DNA of 36,656 nucleotides from positions 1 to 36,656 of the forward strand of contig CAZPLE010000097.1 of NCBI GenBank assembly GCA_964587375.1. Direction: 5' to 3'. The first letter of the stretch is position 1. The number at the start of each line of letters is the position of its first letter. The notes under the pieces are model-generated. The model made no database searches. It worked only from the letters and a program-made list of their open reading frames with translations, and was not told the DNA's origin. The stretch is from an uncultured bacterium. GTDB taxonomy: Bacteria; Ratteibacteria; UBA8468; MWAK01. Of this stretch, positions 32,014 through 36,656 are shown one piece after another. Position numbers and translations under genes: made by a program.

Positions 32014-32820
32014 TCAGAAGACAGAAAGGGTGATGCCATAACGCTCTGCCAGTCGGAAGACCCTTTCTTTTTCCAGAACCAACGTCTTTGGGGAGATAGC
32101 CAGTGCCCGGCCAGATATTCGGGCAAGGTTAGTAATGGTGGCTGGTCCGATAACCGGAAGGTCAAAGCGTAAATCCTGATTTGGCCGGCTGACCTTTACA
32201 ACCACAATCCCTTGGGAAAACCTTGCTGCCCGGCGCATCGTCAGGTCTGTCCCCTCAATTGCCTCTACGGCGAGCACAATCCCGTTTTTGACGGCAACCG
32301 TAAGGCCCACATCAAGACTGGCAAGTGTTTCGGCGACTTTTCGGCCCAGGGCAATATCGGATTTTTCCTCTTCCGAAAGCGGTGGGCCCACAGAAAAACC
32401 GCTGGCCAAAAGCAGGTCCTCCAGGAGATAGGTTGAGGGCAAAAAATGGATGCCGTTGTGCTCAAAATACTCTATTATCGCCTTCAACACTGTGGCGGTC
32501 TGTTTATCCGAAATTTCTTTCAGGATTTGTGCCAGTTGCGGATCAAGGTAATCGGTATAGTGAGGATGGAGCAGACGTCGGTGTTTTACCTGACCCAGCA
32601 TAATCGCTTCCCTTACGCCGTTTTCCTCAAAGAACTTTAAACCCCAGTTCAACCTTCCGGGCGGTAAGGTAAGCGCCTTTTCTGAAAGGTCAGCAACTTT
32701 CAGGAGAGATTCGTTTTTAATCGCCAGGGTGAAGACCTTATACCCTTTCCTTTTTGCCCTTTCCAGAAAAAGCACCGGCAAGGAACCGTTTCCCGCAACC
32801 AACCCTATCTTTTCCATCAC
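32014..32820 (-). CDS. lpxI: UDP-2,3-diacylglucosamine pyrophosphatase LpxI (DUF1009 family)
   Basis: IGLVAGNGSLP N-terminus; GQV.H; C-terminal GIVLAVEAIEGTD.....A and KVSRPNQDLRFDLPVIG are LpxI-family patterns. GTG 32820 or ATG 32817 overlaps the lpxA stop. Confidence 0.8.
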   Translation of the reverse strand: MMEKIGLVAGNGSLPVLFLERAKRKGYKVFTLAIKNESLLKVADLSEKALTLPPGRLNWGLKFFEENGVREAIMLGQVKHRRLLHPHYTDYLDPQLAQILKEISDKQTATVLKAIIEYFEHNGIHFLPSTYLLEDLLLASGFSVGPPLSEEEKSDIALGRKVAETLASLDVGLTVAVKNGIVLAVEAIEGTDLTMRRAARFSQGIVVVKVSRPNQDLRFDLPVIGPATITNLARISGRALAISPKTLVLEKERVFRLAERYGITLSVF

Positions 32821-33596
32821 TTCTTTTTTAAGGCTATTCCCCGACGGGAACTGGTTATGAATTCCAGAAGATGGGCTATTTCCGGAGTATTGGGGAGCTC
32901 TCTCTTTATCCTCTCTACTGCCTGAGTGAGATTTAAGGAACTTCGCAGAAGGATACGGAACGCCCTTTCCAAGGTTTTGATTACTTCCGGCGGGAAGTTA
33001 TTTCTCTTCAAACCGATGCGGTTGAGCCAGTAAGTCCGCGCCGGATGGCCATCAACCATACTATAGGGTAGAATATCCTGGGTTACCTTGGAACAACCTC
33101 CTACAATAGCAAAACACCCCACGCGACAGAACTGGTGGACTGCCGAAAGCCCCCCCAAGATCGCATCGCTTTCTACCGTGACGTGACCAGCAAGGGTAGC
33201 GTTATTAGCCAGCACCGTGCGGTCGCCCACCCAGCAGTTATGGGCGATATGGCTATATGCCATAATGAGATTGTGAGAGCCAATTTTAGTCTCTTCTTCT
33301 TCCCCAGTAGCCGGGTTGATCGTTACGTATTCACGTATGGTATTGGAGTCTCCGATGCGTACGGAGGATTTCTGGCCCCGGTATTTAAGGTCTTGGGGAG
33401 GGCTGCCGATGACTGCGCCGGTAAAGATGCGACAGTCACTGCCGATGGAAACATTTCCAGTGATTACGGCATAAGGGCCAATCTCTGTGCGGTCACCAAT
33501 GGTAACTTGGCCGTCAATGATGGCACCAGGTCCGATGATAACGTCTTTTCCTAAAGAAACGTTTGGCCCGACCAATGCCCCAGGATGAATCTTCAT
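32817..33596 (-). CDS. lpxA: acyl-ACP--UDP-N-acetylglucosamine O-acyltransferase
   Basis: Left-handed beta-helix hexapeptide repeats from MKIHPGALVGPNVSLGKDVIIGPGAIIDG..., HIAHNC, and a C-terminal helical domain with GLKRNNF. 259 aa. Confidence 0.92.
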   Translation of the reverse strand: MKIHPGALVGPNVSLGKDVIIGPGAIIDGQVTIGDRTEIGPYAVITGNVSIGSDCRIFTGAVIGSPPQDLKYRGQKSSVRIGDSNTIREYVTINPATGEEEETKIGSHNLIMAYSHIAHNCWVGDRTVLANNATLAGHVTVESDAILGGLSAVHQFCRVGCFAIVGGCSKVTQDILPYSMVDGHPARTYWLNRIGLKRNNFPPEVIKTLERAFRILLRSSLNLTQAVERIKRELPNTPEIAHLLEFITSSRRGIALKKK

Positions 33597-33633
33597 TTTC
33601 AGGGGAAAGCACTGTGGTAGATAATGGTTTATT

Positions 33634-34596
33634 TTATATCAAAACAGTACCAGGTGCAACCTTATGACCCAGTAAGAATTCAGCAATAGGCATGCGCTTC
33701 TTGCCGGCAACCTGTAATTCTTTAATAACCAGAAGACCATTTCCACACGCCACCGTAATTCCATCTTCATCGGCCTTCAATATAGTTCCTGGCGGTATCT
33801 TATCTTCTTCCTTTGCCTCCACCGCCTGTGCCTTCCAGATGATGAAGCGTCTATGCTCATCTCTGTTCCCACCCTCTTGGGATGGCTTGGCAGGAAAAAA
33901 ACTGTAAGCGTGGGGCCATTTAACGAAGGCCCGAACCTTTGCTTCTATCTCCAAAGCATCCTTTTTCCAATCTATCCGGCCTTCTTCCTTGGTTATTTTT
34001 GGAGCATAGGTGGCAGAGGCTTCATCCTGGGGGGTGAAGATCACCTCCCCTTTTGTCAGGCGTTCCAGAAGATTTGGAAGGACCTCCGCTGATAACTCAG
34101 CCAGACGCTGGCTTAAGGAGAGAGCATCTTCGCCAGGAAGAATGGTTATTTTCTTTTGGAATATTATCGGGCCGGCATCCATACGTTCGTTGATCTTAAA
34201 GATAGAAATGCCAGTCTCCTCTTCCCTATTTAAGATAGCGCGTTCTATAGGCGCTGCCCCCCTCCCTTTGGGTAAAAGGGAGGGATGGATGTTGAGCACG
34301 CAGTATTTGGGAATCTCCAGCACCTTTGTTTTGAGCATCTGACCGAAAGCGGCCACCACGATCACCTCCGGTTGATGGGTAATCATTATCGCGGTTGTCT
34401 CTGGTGAGTTGATATTGTTGGTCTCAATGACCGGCAGGTATAACTGGCGAGCAAGCCTTTTTACCGGGGTGGATATTATCCCCAATCCCCGGCCAGCAGG
34501 TTTGTCCGGGGCAGTGACCACAAGAAGGATCTGTGGCGCCAACCTTTTTAGTGTTGGCAACCCTAAATAACCACTGCCCACGAATATCAGGCGCAT
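33634..34596 (-). CDS. fmt: methionyl-tRNA formyltransferase
   Basis: MRLIFVGSG, PDKPAGRG, NIHPSLLPKGRGAAPI (formyltransferase HxSLLP motif) and a C-terminal tRNA-binding domain. GGAG + 6 nt before the ATG. Confidence 0.92.
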   Translation of the reverse strand: MRLIFVGSGYLGLPTLKRLAPQILLVVTAPDKPAGRGLGIISTPVKRLARQLYLPVIETNNINSPETTAIMITHQPEVIVVAAFGQMLKTKVLEIPKYCVLNIHPSLLPKGRGAAPIERAILNREEETGISIFKINERMDAGPIIFQKKITILPGEDALSLSQRLAELSAEVLPNLLERLTKGEVIFTPQDEASATYAPKITKEEGRIDWKKDALEIEAKVRAFVKWPHAYSFFPAKPSQEGGNRDEHRRFIIWKAQAVEAKEEDKIPPGTILKADEDGITVACGNGLLVIKELQVAGKKRMPIAEFLLGHKVAPGTVLI

Positions 34597-34624
34597 CTTA
34601 TGCTCCTTTTTAACAATAAAAATA

Positions 34625-34653
34625 ATTGTATGTTTTTTTCTTTTTTAAGTCAA
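34625..34653 (-). promoter_or_regulatory. sigma70-type promoter TTGACT-17 nt-TACAAT for fmt-lpxA-lpxI-PHP
   Basis: Minus strand TTGACT (34653-34648), 17-nt spacer, TACAAT (34630-34625). A leader of about 28 nt carries AAAGGAG. Confidence 0.5.
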
Positions 34654-34672
34654 AATCCACACTCTTTAAAGG

Positions 34673-34700
34673 TTCGAAAAAGATTAAATTCGGTTATAAT
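34673..34700 (+). promoter_or_regulatory. candidate promoter TTCGAA-16 nt-TATAAT 7 nt upstream of the mnmE ATG (leaderless candidate)
   Basis: Perfect TATAAT at 34695-34700, then ATTTAGT, then ATG 34708. The -35 is weak (TTCGAA). No SD. Confidence 0.4.
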
Positions 34701-34707
34701 ATTTAGT

Positions 34708-36114
34708 ATGACCCTCAAAACAAAAAATGACACCATCTGCGCCATCTCAAGTCCACCGGGCAGAAGCGGGATAGGTATTATCCGGGTTTCAGGACCCCAG
34801 ACCTACCAGATACTTTCCCGTCTTTTCCGGGATAAAAAGGGAAAAAGGATTGACGTAAACAGGCTTCCTTCCCATACGGTCAAATACGGTTTCATCGTGG
34901 AGGGGGATACCATCCGGGATGAAGTTCTGTTGACGGTGATGCGCAAGCCTAAGAGTTACACCCGAGAAGATATGGCGGAAATCGGTTGCCACGGCGGCTT
35001 TGCGTCATTAAAGGCTGTTTTAAGAGCTCTGATAAACTGCAACTGTCGGCTGGCAGAACCAGGCGAATTTACCAAGAGGGCTTTCCTTTCCGGGCGCATA
35101 GATTTGGTGCAGGCAGAAGCGGTTCTTGCGCTTGTGAACAGCCGGACGGAAAAGGGGCTTTCCGCGGCTCTTGACCAGATTCAAGGGAAGCCTTCCGGGA
35201 AGATGGACCAACTGGAGAGCCTTATCATTGACCTTTTGGCGGAAATTGACGCTGAAATTGAATTTCCAGAAGAGCTGATCCACTTTAAAGAAGAGCACAA
35301 GAGTAACTACCGAGAAAAGTTAGCGGAGATTTTGCAGAAAGCGGAAAGTATCCTGCAGGCGGCAGAGGCCGGAAAGGTTCTCAACGAAGGTCTGAAACTG
35401 GCGATCTTAGGCAGGCCCAACGTAGGCAAGAGCAGTCTGCTTAATGCCTTGCTGTCAGAGGAAAGGGCGATCGTTACGGAAATACCCGGGACCACCCGGG
35501 ACGAAATTTCCGAATGGATAAATGTGGCCGGTTTCCCATTAAAGGTGATTGATACCGCTGGCATCCGGGAGCCAAAGGATAAGATAGAGGAGGCAGGGGT
35601 AAGACGGAGTCGTGCCTGGATAAAGGCAGCAGACCTCATTCTTCTGGTCGTTGACCGCAGTGAACCCCTTCAGCCTGATGATGAGAGACTGTTGAGCCAG
35701 GTAAATCCGGACAAGACCATTCTGGTGATAAACAAAGAGGATTTACCGGATAGATTAACCAAAGAAGAGAAAAGCGCCGTCCTTTTAAAACCCTTTACCC
35801 AAATCACCGTCTCCTGCTTGAAGGGATGGGGGATTAGAGAATTGGAGAGAATGATTGGTGATTTTATCCGGGAGGGAAGGGTATCGGTCAGCAACGAAAA
35901 CCCAGTCTTTCTTGCTTTAGAACAGGAGATTTCCCTCAAAGAAGCTATAAAGAGTTTGCGTCAGGCGGAAAGAGCATTTTCCGAAAACCTCCCCTTAGAA
36001 TTTATCGCTGCTGACCTAAAAAGGGCAGCCGGTAAACTTGGCGAAGTCTCTGGCCACCAGGTTAGTGAAGAAGTTCTGAACCAAATCTTTTCCCGTTTCT
36101 GTTTGGGCAAGTAA
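34708..36114 (+). CDS. mnmE: tRNA modification GTPase MnmE
   Basis: DTICAISSPPGRSGIGIIRVSG N-terminus. G-domain GRPNVGKSSLLN, DTAGIR and NKED. C-terminal FCLGK motif. I use ATG 34708, because the ORF-track ATG at 34600 would sit 3 nt from the divergent fmt start. Confidence 0.93.
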   Translation: MTLKTKNDTICAISSPPGRSGIGIIRVSGPQTYQILSRLFRDKKGKRIDVNRLPSHTVKYGFIVEGDTIRDEVLLTVMRKPKSYTREDMAEIGCHGGFASLKAVLRALINCNCRLAEPGEFTKRAFLSGRIDLVQAEAVLALVNSRTEKGLSAALDQIQGKPSGKMDQLESLIIDLLAEIDAEIEFPEELIHFKEEHKSNYREKLAEILQKAESILQAAEAGKVLNEGLKLAILGRPNVGKSSLLNALLSEERAIVTEIPGTTRDEISEWINVAGFPLKVIDTAGIREPKDKIEEAGVRRSRAWIKAADLILLVVDRSEPLQPDDERLLSQVNPDKTILVINKEDLPDRLTKEEKSAVLLKPFTQITVSCLKGWGIRELERMIGDFIREGRVSVSNENPVFLALEQEISLKEAIKSLRQAERAFSENLPLEFIAADLKRAAGKLGEVSGHQVSEEVLNQIFSRFCLGK

Positions 36115-36116
36115 AA

Positions 36117-36656
36117 TTATTCCCACTCTATGGTTGCCGGCGGTTTGGAACTGATATCGTAAACCACCCGATTTACCCCTTTTACCTCATTGATGATTCG
36201 GTTAGCAATCTTGCCTAAAAGCGGGTGGGGGATGGGAGTAGCATCAGCGGTCATTCCGTCCACACTACAGACAGCGCGTAAGGCAATCACATTTTCGTAG
36301 GTTCGGGCATCACCCATTACGCCCACCGTTTTGACCGGTAGAAGCACCGCAAAGGCTTGCCAGATGCGGTCGTACCAGCCGGCGGACTTTATCTCCGAGA
36401 TAAAAATATTATCTGCCTGGCGCAGAATTTCCAGTCTCGCTGCGGTTACTTCACCTAAAACCCTCACCGCCAGTCCTGGTCCTGGAAATGGGTGTCTACC
36501 GGTAATCTCCGGCGGAAGACCCAGCTCTTTTCCTAAAAGGCGCACCTCGTCTTTGAAGAGGTATTTGAAGGGTTCTATCAACTCTAATTCCATCTTCTCC
36601 GGGAGCCCGGCCACATTGTGGTGACTCTTTATTCGGGATGAAGGACCTCCAAAGAC
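36117..36656 (-). CDS. guaA: GMP synthase (glutamine-hydrolysing), C-terminal part (5' end outside the window)
   Basis: The ORF is open to the window edge. ...[30 protein letters not shown]...[12 protein letters not shown]...ATIEWE is the conserved GuaA dimerisation-domain C-terminus. Confidence 0.92.
   Translation of the reverse strand, partial: VFGGPSSRIKSHHNVAGLPEKMELELIEPFKYLFKDEVRLLGKELGLPPEITGRHPFPGPGLAVRVLGEVTAARLEILRQADNIFISEIKSAGWYDRIWQAFAVLLPVKTVGVMGDARTYENVIALRAVCSVDGMTADATPIPHPLLGKIANRIINEVKGVNRVVYDISSKPPATIEWE

Noticed and set aside
31998-32165. 56-codon N-terminal extension of the PHP-domain gene
   Set aside because: It overlaps the 3' end of lpxI. ATG 31997 has a strong SD (GGGAGGAA) and yields a proper signal-peptide N-terminus.
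1-36656. Mobile elements, CRISPR arrays, tRNA/rRNA genes and defence islands
   Set aside because: There are no direct-repeat/spacer arrays, no transposase/integrase/recombinase-like ORFs, no terminal inverted repeats and no intergenic space large enough for rRNA. Gaps of 175 bp or less showed no tRNA-like cloverleaf features by eye. The Lon-like gene lacks BREX-type neighbours.

Overview
This is a compact, almost fully coding chromosomal window. It probably comes from a diderm bacterium, since lpxA and lpxI are present, and it probably lies near the replication origin, since it opens inside dnaN.

I support 36 protein genes in co-directional blocks:

- **Block 1 (+), 1-9246:** dnaN', a DUF721/DciA-like gene, dapA, accD and lipA. 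A separately promoted operon follows: stand-alone lipoyl domain, two class-I aminotransferases, a hypothetical exported protein, a lone DppB-type permease and a divergent YchF-like GTPase.
- **Block 2 (-), 25733 down to 9252:** DUF1207-like gene and MBL hydrolase; fchA-folD-metV-metF-GH29 fucosidase-fhs-URO-D-like; plsC-ispH-rpsA-nagB-degenerate nagB paralog; tkt and a secreted hypothetical.
- **Block 3 (+), 25828-30917:** Lon-like protease, ugd and an enolase-superfamily enzyme.
- **Block 4 (-), 34596 down to 30921:** fmt-lpxA-lpxI and a secreted PHP hydrolase.
- **Window end:** mnmE (+) converging on guaA' (-).

I found no rRNA, tRNA, CRISPR array, transposase, integrase, toxin-antitoxin or recognisable defence genes. 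No intergenic gap exceeds about 175 bp.

I do not see a convincing self-contained novel system; this looks like core genome. The observations most worth a second look are:

- An acetogen-style folate C1 operon that carries a cytoplasmic GH29 fucosidase and a URO-D-fold protein as tightly packed passengers.
- A tandem NagB pair in which the distal copy has lost the catalytic Asp/His.
- A stand-alone E2-type lipoyl domain with its own consensus promoter, heading a mixed operon next to lipA.
- A Lon-like protease with degenerate Walker A and B motifs but an intact Ser-Lys dyad.
- Several first-in-operon genes whose ATG sits 7-9 nt after a consensus -10 with no Shine-Dalgarno, suggesting leaderless mRNAs, while other genes here have strong SD sites.
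- A 10-bp x3 tandem repeat in the rpsA/nagB overlap, where loss of one unit would fuse S1 to NagB in frame.

All functional calls rest on motif recognition by eye in the translated ORFs. No database search was run.
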